NCBI GenBank assembly: GCA_000165345.1
Contig: CM000435.1
Span: 1 to 64,000, forward strand
DNA: 64,000 bases
Reading direction: 5' to 3'
The translations under genes and the position numbers were made by a program. Below, piece by piece: positions 1 to 13,963 of this stretch. The notes under the pieces are model-generated. The model made no database searches, was not told where the DNA came from, and worked only from the letters and a program-made list of their open reading frames with translations. Position 1 is the first letter of the stretch, and each line of letters starts with the position of its first letter.

Positions 1-419
1 AAGTAATTACAGGTACTTTTTATTCTCTTTCAAAAGTTCTATCATCTTTTCCCTCACGGGTACTTGTTTGCTATCGTTTTCTCATCAATATTTAGCTTTG
101 GATGAAATACCCCACCCCATTATATACTCCATTCCCAAGGAATATGACTCTTTGATAGTAAACCGTATGTGAATTAAAATAAAATATAGACGGGACTTTC
201 ACCCCTCTATGGTGGTTTATTCCAAAACACTTAATTTTATTAATTCACTGGCATTACTTCTAGATACTACAAGTCAATAATAAAATAAAATTATTATTGA
301 TTTTCATGTTGAGCTTTTTCCTGTTCACTCGCAGTTACTAAGGAAATCCTAGTTAGTTTCTTTTCCTCCACTTAATAATATGCTTAAGTTCAGTGGGTAA
401 TCTTACTTAATATCAGGTC
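1..419 (-). rRNA. Large-subunit (28S) rRNA, 5' end only; gene continues beyond window start
   Basis: rc of 396-419 = GACCTGATATTAAGTAAGATTACC, then ...CACTGAACTTAAGCATATTATTAAGTGGAGGAAAAGAAACTAACTAGGATTTCC: conserved LSU 5' domain. Confidence 0.85.
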
Positions 420-929
420 TTTTATTAATATTATTGTATTAAAAATACAAGAAATAAACGTCTTTTTCCTATAAAAAAAAAAGATGATATAGAATATATA
501 TATATTAATATTAATAATTATATATTTAAGAACCCATTGATAGACGGATTTCCGTATCAAATTAAGGGTAAATATAATTATTAAATATTAAAATATTCTA
601 TACTTGCGTATATTTTTTTTTTTTGTATTTTAATAATTACATTTATTCCAAAACTTTATAATATATTATTTTATATATATAAAAATATTATAAAATTTAA
701 TTTTAACTTAAATTGGTTAAGAAATTTATATATAAAAGAAATATGTTATTTTATATGTTACCTCTAATTTTATAATAAGTAAATATAAATACAAAAATTT
801 CTCTATTTTCTTACCAATCATTTACATAATATAATAGAAATTATAAAGAATATATATATATATTTATATATAATATATATATTTTCTTTAAAAAAAACAT
901 TATATTATATGAAGTAGTTAATAGACACT
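420..929 (-). other. ITS2 (AT-rich internal transcribed spacer between 5.8S and 28S)
   Basis: Lies between recognisable 5.8S and LSU 5' end; AT-rich, (TA)n tracts; boundaries approximate. Confidence 0.6.
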
Positions 930-1072
930 GATATAAATATAGTAATGTAAATTACTGCTATTTGCGTTGAGAGATCTGATTGTTCATAGAATTATGCAGT
1001 TCACATTGCTTATCGCACTTTGCTGCGTCCTTCATCGTTATGAGAACCAAGACATCCATTACTTAAAGTGTT
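930..1072 (-). rRNA. 5.8S rRNA
   Basis: rc of ~1020-1072 reads ACTTTAAGTAATGGATGTCTTGGTTCTCATAACGATGAAGGACGCAGCAAAGTGCGATAAGCAATGTGAACTGCATAATTC: universal 5.8S core; 3' boundary approximate. Confidence 0.75.
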
Positions 1073-3330
<2,258 letters not shown>

Positions 3331-4300
3331 ACTATCATTCATATTAATAATATGTGTTATATATATATATATATATAATATATACAAATATATACATGTA
3401 ACATATATATTATATATATTATATATCATATATAATATACATATTATTAACATTGAATACATTTATGTCTATTATTTATAATAAACAAAAGAATTATTTA
3501 AGAAATCATTAATGAATATATATTATTTATACAACATATATATACATATAATATATAAACTGTATAAAAATATCATAAAAATTTCTTATCCAGTTAATTA
3601 ATAAGAAAAATATATTAATTTAACTAGCAATTTAAGATAGTATTAAAACTACATTGAAAAATACCCCATAACCTTGAATATAAAGTAATAATAATATAAT
3701 AATAATAATAATAATAATATATTATAAAAAATTATTACTTTTTCTTTTCAACAATGGTTACGAAATATTCCAACATTGTACGCTCCCAAAACACCATTAT
3801 ACAATAATATATATATCATATATATACATATAAATATATATAAACAACATAACCACTATATATAACAATGTAGAGTCATACATTAATACTTATCACATAT
3901 AATTCTTTGGAAACCATAATAATACAACAACCTCTTATATTTAACATTCGTGTAAATATCAATTCAACACATATTGTCAAAATTGACTACACTAAATACA
4001 CTACATTTACAATCAAATATAAAACAACGTTATATTTCAATCGTAAAAACATGTATTTACCTGCGACTCATATATTATACATTACTCATCTATAATATAT
4101 TTCTCTCATCAGTACTAATCATTCCATAGCCTTTTCAAATCGAAATAGACTACAAATTTTTAATACTCAATGTCAGCTCACTACTAACACGTCAGTTCCT
4201 ACATTCCCAGGTTGAATACTCTTCACCCCGGAAAAAATATTTTTTATTATTTTTTTATTTTCACTATGTTACACCGCCCACTTTTTTTTTTTTTTTTTTT
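3331..4300 (-). other. rDNA 5' external transcribed spacer / promoter-proximal spacer (extent uncertain)
   Basis: Immediately upstream (on minus strand) of the 18S 5' end; AT-rich with (TA)n and (ATA)n tracts, T20 homopolymer at 4283-4302. Confidence 0.4.
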
Positions 4301-4414
4301 TAATTCTAATACTTTATTTATTATATTATTATTTTACTTATAAATTTAGCACTTTGCTATTTAAAATATTATTCAACATTCCATTAAAAAAAATTACTTT
4401 ATGAAAAAAAAAAA

Positions 4415-4712
4415 TCAAGTATAAAAAATCCAAGTGCAAAAAAAATTCAAGTGCAAAAAAACTCAATCCAAAAAAACTCAATCCAAAAAAAATCAAGTAT
4501 AAAAAATTCAAGTGCAAAAAAACTCAATCCAAAAAAAATCCAAGTACAAAAAAAATTCAAGTGCAAAAAAAAACAATCCAAAAAAACTCAATCCAAAAAA
4601 AATCAAGTATAAAAAATTCAAGTGCAAAAAAACTCAATCCAAAAAAAATCCAAGTGCAAAAAAAATTCAAGTGCAAAAAAAAACAATCCAAAAAAAATTC
4701 AAAAATTATTTT
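4415..4712. repeat. ~110-bp tandem repeat (2.7 copies) built from A-rich sub-motifs CAAGTGCAAAAAAA / CAATCCAAAAAAA, in rDNA upstream spacer
   Basis: TCAAGTATAAAAAATTCAAGTGC recurs at 4415, 4493, 4603 (period 110); direct reading of sequence. Confidence 0.85.
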
Positions 4713-4740
4713 TTCAACATTCAAGTTAATGCCATTCTTT

Positions 4741-4960
4741 ATCTAATTATCTCTCATTTCCTATTCTGCTACTCTCATCACCATTTCTCCTCCTATGAAT
4801 ACTCTACTACTATTCTACTTATCTTCTCCACAACCACCCCTATCCTCATCCTCTTCTAAACTCTTTCTTTCCACTACCTCTCTCCACTTTCACTATATTC
4901 ATATCTCTGTTCTTATTCATCCCATTCATCTCCATATCTTTAACTATAATCATCTTCTAC
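4741..4960. repeat. 220-bp polypyrimidine (CT-rich, almost G-free) strand-asymmetric tract
   Basis: Plus strand has only a handful of G in 220 nt (CTCTCATTTCCTATTCTGCTACTCTCATCACC...). Confidence 0.8.
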
Positions 4961-6843
4961 TTGAAAAAAAAAAAATAATTATCTATAAATATTGAATATC
5001 TATATATAAAATGTTATTTACATATTTCACCAAATTTACTTATATATTTCGTCTTTGTGAAAATATATTGTATAAATTTGAACTCAGTATAAACCAACTA
5101 CTTTGACTCTTCATACCTCTAGTAAATATTTATTAAATTAATTTAAAAAAAAAAATAATTCACAACTTTTATATAATAAATATTAGTTTTGTCCATTAAA
5201 ATATTAGATCAGATAAAATAAAAGCTTAACATATTATTATTCCATTTCTAAATAAATTAAAGGTTTGAATTTCTCGTCGAAAACTATAATAATACGACTA
5301 AATATCATCAAGAACCCATGTAAAATAATAACTTAATAAATTAAAATATCTGATTTTTCTTCTCCAAAATGGAAAATGTAAAATGTAAAATTAATAAATT
5401 CAATATTAAGAAAAACTGAGCACAGAAAACTAATTATTTCTGCAACTATCCATTCTATGTGCTATTATAACGATATTTTCACACTTGAATTTTGCATTAC
5501 ATTTTTTTTTTGAAGACTGATTGCCAGAACAATCTATTATTTTTTTTATTCAAAAATACGATTTTATTTAAATATAATTAAATAATAATTCTATTGTTTT
5601 AAATCCATTATACCTATTTTTTATTTTACATGAATATTTTTTAAACTGATATTTTAAAGTAACTGCGATCGCATTTATAAAATATCATATCAACATTAGA
5701 CTAGATAGATTTACTATTAATAGATAAATAGATATACTTCTAAATAACTAAAATTTATATTAATATTCAAAATTGTGATATTTTATTTGCGATATCACTA
5801 TATTTTTTGGTAAATTTTTGTTTATTTTGCTAAAAAAAAAAAAAAAAAAAAAAAAATATACAACAAATTTGCTAATGATCACCCTCAAAAGAAAAAAATG
5901 AAACTTCCCTGAAAAAATATTGTTGTCTGATTAAACTTTGATGGTACAACAGAATAATAAAAAATCCAGGCAGTTATGTTTATTTGCATTTATTAAGAGA
6001 AAGATATATATACAAAGAAAAATTAATAACGGCACGTTAATTAATAGAATATATCGATTCTTTTTAAAATGACCAGCTCATTTCCCACAAAAAATGAGTT
6101 TAGATAATATATTGTAAATCGAAATATTCCCTTTATCAAGAAGTTATGAACGTTTCTAAATTTTTTTTTAATATTTTTTTCAAACACATTAAATCAATGA
6201 CAAAATATTCCCACAATTATTCAATAAAGAATCTTGTATTTTTCATTCAAATCAATTTTTGATTATAAAAAATTATTTGAAAATAGGGTAGAAAAAAAAA
6301 ATAAAACAAGTTTCATGTAATTATATATCCCACTCAAATATGGAGATAATAGAATATCACTAGCTTTATTTTATAACCCATTTAACTGCCATATTTTTAA
6401 CCTCAATTCATAATTTTTTCGGCAGTCAATATCCAAGATCATGGCAGTAATTCTTTTATATAATGAATTAGACCAATTGCTTTCGAGTGCTTCTTTGTAT
6501 TATAGCTTGATTAGAATACATTTCAAGCTAAATATGTCACTAACTGAACAAAATTAATAATATTAAATAAATTATTAATTTTGCAGTTAATTGAATAAAT
6601 ATCTGCAGTATTTGGAATTTAAGTATTCATCGGAAACATATGCACGCAGAATAACACTTCACAATATTTACGTAAAATTAGCTTTATCTCTGTGACTTCT
6701 TTAGTTATTATCAAGTAATATTTTCAACCAATCATTAAAAACTGCCTCAAGGTATTTGCAATAAAAAGATTTTGAAATTTGTTATTTAACAAACAATCTG
6801 ATTAATCCATGAAAAAAAATTTCACCCTTGATTTTTTCAATGC

Positions 6844-9270
6844 TTAATCAGATTGCTCAAGAATATCGTTCAAATCATATTTATCCAAACTTGCTGCACT
6901 TCCCGAAGACGAGCTACCACCCATCGATGTAGGGGCGTTAAGCAGCATTGGTTCTTTACTAGATCCTCCTCTAGCGCATCTTGAGCCAGAGCCATCATAA
7001 GTCACTTTTGATGCCATCTTTGCTCCACTTTCTCTGTTCCCCGACCGTTCTCTATTCCTTGATCGTTCTCTGTTCCTTGATCGTTCTCTATTCTTTGATC
7101 GTTCTCTGTGTGATGATTGTCCTCCATGTCCTCCATGTCCTCCATGTCCTCCAGTAAAGTGACTGCTACGATTATCATTGAGAGAAATTTTTAGTGAAGC
7201 AAGTTGTTCCTCTAGATTACTAGCTTTTCTACTTTCATAATCTCCATCTCGACATACTACTTCTACTCTTCGGCGCGGTCTGTGAGTGCTATGACTACTA
7301 TGATCTTCAATTTTGAGTTGAGGCCTTGTAGTCTTTGGTCTAACTGAAGGGTCTGGTCCAAGTTGCCTCTTCGATTCCCCCCCATCCACTGTAGGGCTAT
7401 ATAGAACAGGCTTCTGAATGCTTTGACGCGCTTCTGAACATAAATGGGGGATGGATACATGGGGTTTAGTATCATCTGACGTATCACCAGTTTGTAAAGG
7501 CCTAGGATGCTTCGTTGAATGTGATCTAGAAACTGCAGTATTTCTTGTTCTTGGAAATCTTTTAGATGGCACATCTTTCGTTTTAAAGTTTTGAAGCTGC
7601 ATTAGCCCTAATTGATGTGCAAGTGGAAACTTGGAAGATTCCGGAGAACTAGGTCTTTGAATTTTTTTAGTTTTACTCATTTCTGATTTATCAGGTGATT
7701 TCATGCAAGGCTGCTCAACCGGCTCTTCACGTATTTTTTTTAGATCCGCTAAACAGAGTTTTTTCTTTTCTTGAGGTCTTTTAATGAAATCTTCTGTACA
7801 GAAAAGTTCCTCATCTGTGCTTATATCCTCAATATCTAACTCTTGTAGAGTAACTCTAAGAGGAAGACTAAGAATACTTTCTAAATTCTGTTTTCGTACT
7901 ACAAAATCTTTATTAGTCTTAAGTGGAATTGGACACAAATCTCCAGGATTTGGAATATAACCACACGGTAAATTGATTTTGGGAAGTGCCTTTTTCTGCT
8001 TTTTAGGTAGCTCAATTTCACATGAAGGTTGAATTGAACTATCAGTTGATCCACGATTATCCCTCATAGCACAAGGCCTACATACACAAGTTCTACTGGA
8101 AAATTTATCACTCGTACATGTGCAGACTAATGAACTAGTAGTTTCTTTTTTGTCACTAGTTCTAAATACTTTAGAAATTCCTCTAAGTTGTTGATATTGG
8201 TTATAGCCGCTTTGTGTAGCTGTGGGACCACCAGAATCACCACCTGAATCACCGCCTGAATCGCCTCCTGAAGCACCACCAGAGGCACCACCTGAAGCAC
8301 CACCAGAATCGCCGCCCGAATCGCCACCTGATGCACCACCTGATGCACCACCTGATGCACCACCTGATGAGCCACCAGGCAGATAAGTTTTCATTTTCTC
8401 GAAATATTCATCGTAACGTTCTTCATCTGAAGATGAAGAAGAAGTATCATAACCTCCTGAAGAGAGAGGCAGCCTTGATTTTGCATACGAAAGAAATTGT
8501 TTACAATTTGGATTTGCTTTGAGAATAGCTTTAATAAGGCTTTTAATTGCAGTTTGACAGAATACAGCAAGCCTGTACAAATTGAATGTTAATCTCGAAA
8601 GGCAAAGTTTTAAAGTTGTTAATTGATCAGCTCTCTTGATAATTTTCTTTATTTTGGAATTTTTTCTAAATAGTATTTCAAGAGTTTGGGTTACATAAGA
8701 CTTTTCGAATTTACTTTCAGAGAGCGGAGCTACATGATGTCTGGAAGCGTTTGGATCAAAGTCTTTAAGCATTGGAGTAGAAAATCCAGGGAACTCCCTT
8801 TCACATGATTTTCTAACATAGACGGATACTATTGCTTGATTTTCTAATGAGAGTTGAGCAATTTCATTTAAAACAATGTCTCGTATGCCTTCTAAGTCAA
8901 TATCTGACTCCTTAAAATATGTAAATAGGTATGTAAGTAAAGTTTTAAATTTTACATAAATATATTTAACTTTAACAAGAAGGCTATGTAACTTAAGACA
9001 AGAAAATGTTTTGAGCAACTTCTCTTTGCATGATCGTTCTTCTGGATGTGAAACAATTCCATATTTTGCTCTGGTATCAACAGGAGATTCTGATAAGTTT
9101 GAACCATTAATTGAAGATATCGAGAATATCAATGCAAATAGAAATAGTAAAAGAATCCTCATACTAATTCTAATAGCATTAGCGGAAATTTTAATTCCTT
9201 TCTCATAATATTTATCTTCGTTCTCAAATTTTTTTACTAATTTTAGATTTAACAAGTTAATTTTAGACAT
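6844..9270 (-). CDS. Low-complexity Gly/Ser-repeat protein (GGxSGG x9, GHGGHGGHGG, RERS(K/R)N x4), hypothetical; probable true start at internal Met (9162) giving a signal peptide
   Basis: 808-aa ORF; residues 37-60 MRILLLFLFALIFSISSINGSNL look like a signal peptide; E2F-like TGGCGCC box at 9284-9291 sits only 13 bp from the first ATG but ~120 bp from Met37. Confidence 0.75.
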   Translation of the reverse strand: MSKINLLNLKLVKKFENEDKYYEKGIKISANAIRISMRILLLFLFALIFSISSINGSNLSESPVDTRAKYGIVSHPEERSCKEKLLKTFSCLKLHSLLVKVKYIYVKFKTLLTYLFTYFKESDIDLEGIRDIVLNEIAQLSLENQAIVSVYVRKSCEREFPGFSTPMLKDFDPNASRHHVAPLSESKFEKSYVTQTLEILFRKNSKIKKIIKRADQLTTLKLCLSRLTFNLYRLAVFCQTAIKSLIKAILKANPNCKQFLSYAKSRLPLSSGGYDTSSSSSDEERYDEYFEKMKTYLPGGSSGGASGGASGGASGGDSGGDSGGASGGASGGASGGDSGGDSGGDSGGPTATQSGYNQYQQLRGISKVFRTSDKKETTSSLVCTCTSDKFSSRTCVCRPCAMRDNRGSTDSSIQPSCEIELPKKQKKALPKINLPCGYIPNPGDLCPIPLKTNKDFVVRKQNLESILSLPLRVTLQELDIEDISTDEELFCTEDFIKRPQEKKKLCLADLKKIREEPVEQPCMKSPDKSEMSKTKKIQRPSSPESSKFPLAHQLGLMQLQNFKTKDVPSKRFPRTRNTAVSRSHSTKHPRPLQTGDTSDDTKPHVSIPHLCSEARQSIQKPVLYSPTVDGGESKRQLGPDPSVRPKTTRPQLKIEDHSSHSTHRPRRRVEVVCRDGDYESRKASNLEEQLASLKISLNDNRSSHFTGGHGGHGGHGGQSSHRERSKNRERSRNRERSRNRERSGNRESGAKMASKVTYDGSGSRCARGGSSKEPMLLNAPTSMGGSSSSGSAASLDKYDLNDILEQSD
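7043..7108. repeat. Coding 21-bp minisatellite (x4, RERS(K/R)N) plus adjacent 9-bp x3 (GHG) at 7119-7152
   Basis: gatcgttctctRttcYttgat repeated; ggacatgga x3. Confidence 0.8.
8227..8375. repeat. Coding imperfect 18-bp minisatellite (~9 copies, GG(A/D/S)SGG)
   Basis: ccaccTgaWKcRccRcc units read directly; antisense shadow ORF 8127..8375 (HQVV repeats) is the same repeat. Confidence 0.8.
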
Positions 9271-10276
9271 TTATAGAATAGGCTGGCGCCCATATCTTTA
9301 AGAAATTAATTAAAAAAAAATATATATAAAGCTTCCAAATGGCAATTACAGGTTCAATTCAAGAAATTAATCACGATTAGTTTTGTAGATTAAATATAAT
9401 TTCGATATTTCTTAAGTAACATTTAAATTTGCGAATTATTTGTTTCGAACAAAAATTTTATTTAGATTTTAGATAGAATGGACCTCCAATATACTTGAAA
9501 ATTAACTTTTGTTAAGTATCAAAGACTATTATTTTCCTTTATAAAGTAAATACGCAACTGTATAATGCAATTTAGTTCTATTGTTAAATTCAAGTCTAAG
9601 TGAACAAAATAGTTGATTGGTTAGTTATATCTTAAACTAGATTAAAAAAAAATGATTCAGTAACAAAAAATGTTATCAGTCTTAGATGACTACAGCTAAG
9701 TATCATTAATTCCTTTCAATAACACAAAGCGAGATTAATAATATTCATTTTTATCAATACCTGTTAGAACTTTTAAAAACTTGCACACGCTCGTCTTTGA
9801 ATTGATGAAAGTAGAAAGGAATTTTACCTGATTAATAGTATAGTTATGCACAAAATATTTGTGAAAAGAATACTCACTAGTCTTGTAGTAGTAGGGAATC
9901 AGTCAGTAGCATTATGTTGGCCCAATTGACATTCAACAGTAAATAATTTGGATTATATTGGCGTTTTCAAATGTAGAACGTGAAATTAATGTTTTATTAC
10001 CTTCAATAAGTTATCAAATGTTAACAACTCATAATTTATTGGTTATCTTTAAAGTTGATTTTAAATATTTACCATCTTACAATTAGTATTTTAGCAGTAA
10101 AAATAAATTAATAATGTGCAAGAACTAAATTCAAGAACATATCTTGGGATTTTCTTTTTAAAAGATGGATTTTTATCCGCCGGCAATTTAGATTTTGATG
10201 GATTATAACCTCGTGAAAACACAAATTTTATTTGGCGCTATTGTGTTTAATAAACTTTAGAATGCATAATTTATAA

Positions 10277-12607
10277 ATGGACGTTATAGTGGAGACCAAG
10301 AAAGCTAGATATGATGAGACTAAAATCGCTCTGATTAAATATTTGAATGGCTTAAAAAACTCAAACTTGAATTCAACTCACTCAATACCTCCTGAAATTG
10401 AGGATGCAATAAATGAACAGTTTTCAAATTCATCAATTGAGGAGTCGGAATTCTTACTGAAGGAAATAGTTTATCCTGGTATGCTGCTTTTAAGAGAATA
10501 TCCAAATGCAACAATAGGAGACTTAATTTCACAATTGTTTTCTCTAAATTCAGTAAAGGCAGTTTTACTTTCGTCTAATTTAGACTATACAAAGTTTCTT
10601 TATATTTTCAACTTTGAAGATTGGCCGAAACTTGAGCCAAGAGCAATTTGTATGAGAATATCTATTATTTCATCTTTAGTTGAATGCAAAACAATAGTGA
10701 ATTACATGCTATCAGACTTAAAAAAACTTCTGGCATTGATTTTCAAAGGATTTCAGAATGAAACATACTTTATTCAGATATCTACTTCAAAACTGATTTC
10801 TACATTAGTTAAGTTGGGGATTTTGAACAATTTTATTTTGGACGAATTTTTGAATTTTCAGAGTGATTTGATTTCACAACTTAAATTATCAGCTTCCGAC
10901 AGTGTAATAAAAAAACTTCAGTTTTACAAGTACCTATTTAGTGATATATATACTAGAAGGTTTTTATTCAAAAATAATTTCGAACTTAAGAGTGAATTAG
11001 AAAATAATTCTATTAATGGGAAAAGACGTAACTTTGAAATATTTAATGAATTCTGTAACTTTATCTATTTACTCGTATTTCAAGATGACATCATTATTTC
11101 CAATCAGGGGATAGAAATTTTCAGTTTGGCACTATCAGATGATTCAAAATTATTCTCCGACAATCTTCAAATATTTATTAGGGATGTAATTAATTCCGTT
11201 AAAGTTTTTATTAACAATTTTTCTTTAAAAGAAGTCAAAAAAGACTCAATTAGGAGGTTCTCACAAAACTTGAAACTTATTAACATTATTATTGGAAATA
11301 ACAGTTCTAACTTTCTTCTGAATATCGATTTTGGGATCCTCATTATGAATTTCATCTTTTCAATTTTGGAAAATTATTCCGAATATAAAAGCAATACAGA
11401 TTTTACAGAAATGGGAGTAATTTTGATATTGTTAAAAATAATTTCTTCATTTAAGCCATTTATAAGGACATTTGACAGCAATAAGTTTTTTCAAAGCAAA
11501 GTTTTTTTTGATTCACAAAATGGATTGACGGAATTAGAAATAGAATCTATGCTTAAATATTATGTTTGTTCTTTTGGGGTTTGCAAGCTATTGCTAATTA
11601 ATTTGCCTCAAGTATCGTCTATATTTCAGATAACTGAACCTCAAGTAATTAACTATTCAACTTCGCTACTAAATAGTGGCTTAATTAGTTGCACGAAACT
11701 TATTAACTCATCATTTTTTGCCAATTTTAAACTATTAATTGAAGAATTGCTGTCCATATATAAGCAGAATAATTTGTCTAACTGGCAATTATTTCTTATT
11801 CTTAAGTACTTAATTTCAATATATTCCATTGATCTCATAAAACTAATTCCAACTGAGTTACATTCAAAAACAATCGAGATCATTTCTGAAATTATGTTTA
11901 CGAATTTCTTTCTTGGTTCAGATTTAAATACCAAATTGGTAATTAGAAAGTATAGCTTAATTGGTCCTAATGTTATTTTAACATGCTCTGAGCTTTTGAG
12001 CTCAGTAATGAAAGTACAAAGTTTGAACAAATCTCTTTTTGAGCTTTCATTTTTAATATCAGAAGAATTGTTAAGAATATGCTTCTATTCCAAAGTAATG
12101 ATAGGAAAAGCTATTAGAGGGGAGCTATTTCACGATGACCACGTGGAGCTACTCAATAAGGTAATCTTAATATTGAAGGATATTGAAATTCCCTCTAGCT
12201 CAAAATTTATTTTACATCCTGAAATTTTGGATCACATTTCAGAGTTTTCAAAAAACGGTCTTTCACCGGCGACTCTTGACTCTATGTTTCTTTTGGTTGC
12301 AATGTTCCTAAGAAGTTCATCAAAAAGTGTAGAAATCGAAGTAATAGAGAGCCTAGCTGAAAGATTGCTCCTTTATTACATTCCATTCGAAGAGCAGGAT
12401 GGTTACTTATTGTTTTATAATTCATACAAACATCTGTGCAATAGTCTAGGAAGAGTTGCAAATCTTCCCGATCCAGTTCAAATAAATGAGGAATTCGCTC
12501 CAATTGAAAACAAAACTCAACATATGCACATAATAAACGATCAATTTTTCATAGATAATATTTTGGATAGATTTTCAGAATGTAACTTAGATTGCATTGG
12601 CGAATAG
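10277..12607 (+). CDS. Hypothetical Leu/Ile/Asn-rich 776-aa protein (possibly helical-repeat), no recognisable domain
   Basis: Long uninterrupted ORF; TTTGGCGC box 39 bp upstream (10231-10238). Confidence 0.7.
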   Translation: MDVIVETKKARYDETKIALIKYLNGLKNSNLNSTHSIPPEIEDAINEQFSNSSIEESEFLLKEIVYPGMLLLREYPNATIGDLISQLFSLNSVKAVLLSSNLDYTKFLYIFNFEDWPKLEPRAICMRISIISSLVECKTIVNYMLSDLKKLLALIFKGFQNETYFIQISTSKLISTLVKLGILNNFILDEFLNFQSDLISQLKLSASDSVIKKLQFYKYLFSDIYTRRFLFKNNFELKSELENNSINGKRRNFEIFNEFCNFIYLLVFQDDIIISNQGIEIFSLALSDDSKLFSDNLQIFIRDVINSVKVFINNFSLKEVKKDSIRRFSQNLKLINIIIGNNSSNFLLNIDFGILIMNFIFSILENYSEYKSNTDFTEMGVILILLKIISSFKPFIRTFDSNKFFQSKVFFDSQNGLTELEIESMLKYYVCSFGVCKLLLINLPQVSSIFQITEPQVINYSTSLLNSGLISCTKLINSSFFANFKLLIEELLSIYKQNNLSNWQLFLILKYLISIYSIDLIKLIPTELHSKTIEIISEIMFTNFFLGSDLNTKLVIRKYSLIGPNVILTCSELLSSVMKVQSLNKSLFELSFLISEELLRICFYSKVMIGKAIRGELFHDDHVELLNKVILILKDIEIPSSSKFILHPEILDHISEFSKNGLSPATLDSMFLLVAMFLRSSSKSVEIEVIESLAERLLLYYIPFEEQDGYLLFYNSYKHLCNSLGRVANLPDPVQINEEFAPIENKTQHMHIINDQFFIDNILDRFSECNLDCIGE

Positions 12608-12761
12608 AATTATTTCTATACAAATATTTAATTATTCTAAATAATACAACCTATTTGGAAAGTAATTTTTCTATACTATTTGGGTCAAAGTTTTTCTTGA
12701 TAATTTCGAATAGTTCCTCAGTAAATTCCTTTGATGATAAGTCTAATGGTATTTTACCATC

Positions 12762-13457
12762 CTAAAAAGAGGTAAATTGAGTTATATAAGATTGTAAACT
12801 TACTTTGTTTTTTACCATGAGCATTTCCGGATTCTTGGAGGCGATTTTATATGCAATTTCTTCGTGGAAGCCGTTAATTGCAGCATGAAGAATTGTATCT
12901 CCAGTAGCATTTTCTTTTAAATTTAAATCAGCATTTGCCTGAAATAAAAGATCAAAACACTCTTGCTTTCCAGAACACGCACTCATGAATATTGCAGTTC
13001 TTCCATATATATCTTGGATATCTATTACTGATCTTTCTTTTGCTATTATGAGCTTTACGATATCTTCATGGCCTTTGGAAGCTGCATAGTGTAGTGGAGT
13101 ACATCCTGAACTTGTTTTAGCTCTACAATCTGCTCCGCTTTCAAGAAGTAGCCTTGCTATTTCAAAGTATCCACTTGAACAGCATGAATGAAGTGGCGAC
13201 CATTTATTGTCGTCAAATGTGTTTACATTGGCACCTTTACTAATGAGTAATTCCACAATCTAATTTAATTAGTATTAATTTTCATACTTTTTTTTCGAAC
13301 TTACAAATAACTTGTTTTTAGATACTGCATTGTGCAAAAGAGTTCTTTCATCTTCATCGAAAATATTCAATTGAGCTTCAGAAATTGACTCAAATATGCT
13401 TTTAGCGAGAGACTCGTCCTCGAAATCAATCGCAGCAAAAAACTTATTTCTTTCCAT
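12762..13457 (-). CDS. Ankyrin-repeat protein, 2 exons: join(13305..13457, 12762..13259), 45-nt intron 13260..13304
   Basis: Two ORFs in register when GTAAGT(13304)...TTAG(13260) removed: ...LLHNAVSKNKLF|IVELLISKGANVNT restores an ankyrin repeat; second ORF's 'M' is actually GTG (Val). Confidence 0.8.
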
Positions 13458-13963
13458 TACTAATTTCTATTAATATTTTATGATTCCTTAGTTATAGATT
13501 ATTAAATGGTCTTAGTGGCGCTGTGGGAGCCCAAATTAAACAAATGATGCTGAATTTAAAAATTAAGAATAAATTAATGATTCAAAAATTATACTTGATG
13601 AGTGAATCCTAGGAGTGTTTCAATATATATATATATATTTAAAAAAAAAAAGAACAAAAATATGAAATTTTGCAGGTGAGAATTGAAAAAAAGCAGTTTA
13701 TAGTAAAATTAAGGAATAAAGGAGAGTTCGCAAGTTTTTTGCAGAATTGAATGATTTTACAATGTAGTTATTTATTATTGAAAAAAAGAAACAAATACAA
13801 CTTTTTACTGTGGCCAATAATGCGAGACTTTATGGCGCTTGCGGGGACCTATGCTTTAAACAAAAAAGAGTGGAACAAAAAGGCCTTAAATGGAATTTGG
13901 GGCAAAAACCAAGAAGCAAGAATCGTTGGCTAGTGGTGAGTGAATATAGCCAACTGTTAAAGA

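Noticed and set aside
1-700. Telomere repeats (TTTAGG)n expected near a chromosome-end rDNA
   Set aside because: No TTTAGG/CCTAAA arrays are seen. The window begins inside the LSU, so a telomere, if any, lies beyond it.
4415-4712. Possible CRISPR-like array (regular repeats)
   Set aside because: This is a eukaryotic nuclear rDNA spacer. The repeats are contiguous with no unique spacers, and no cas genes are present.
4512-4995. Lys-rich ORFs 4512..4859, 4561..4746 and Ser/Leu/Pro-rich ORF 4795..4995
   Set aside because: They are translations of the A-rich 110-bp tandem repeat and the CT-rich tract. Composition-driven, with no start context or codon bias.
7263-8375. Antisense/alternate-frame ORFs (7263..7574, 8127..8375 'HQVV' repeat, 8331..8522, 9011..9208)
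   Set aside because: They are shadows of the 808-aa gene. The HQVV periodicity is the GGxSGG minisatellite read antisense.
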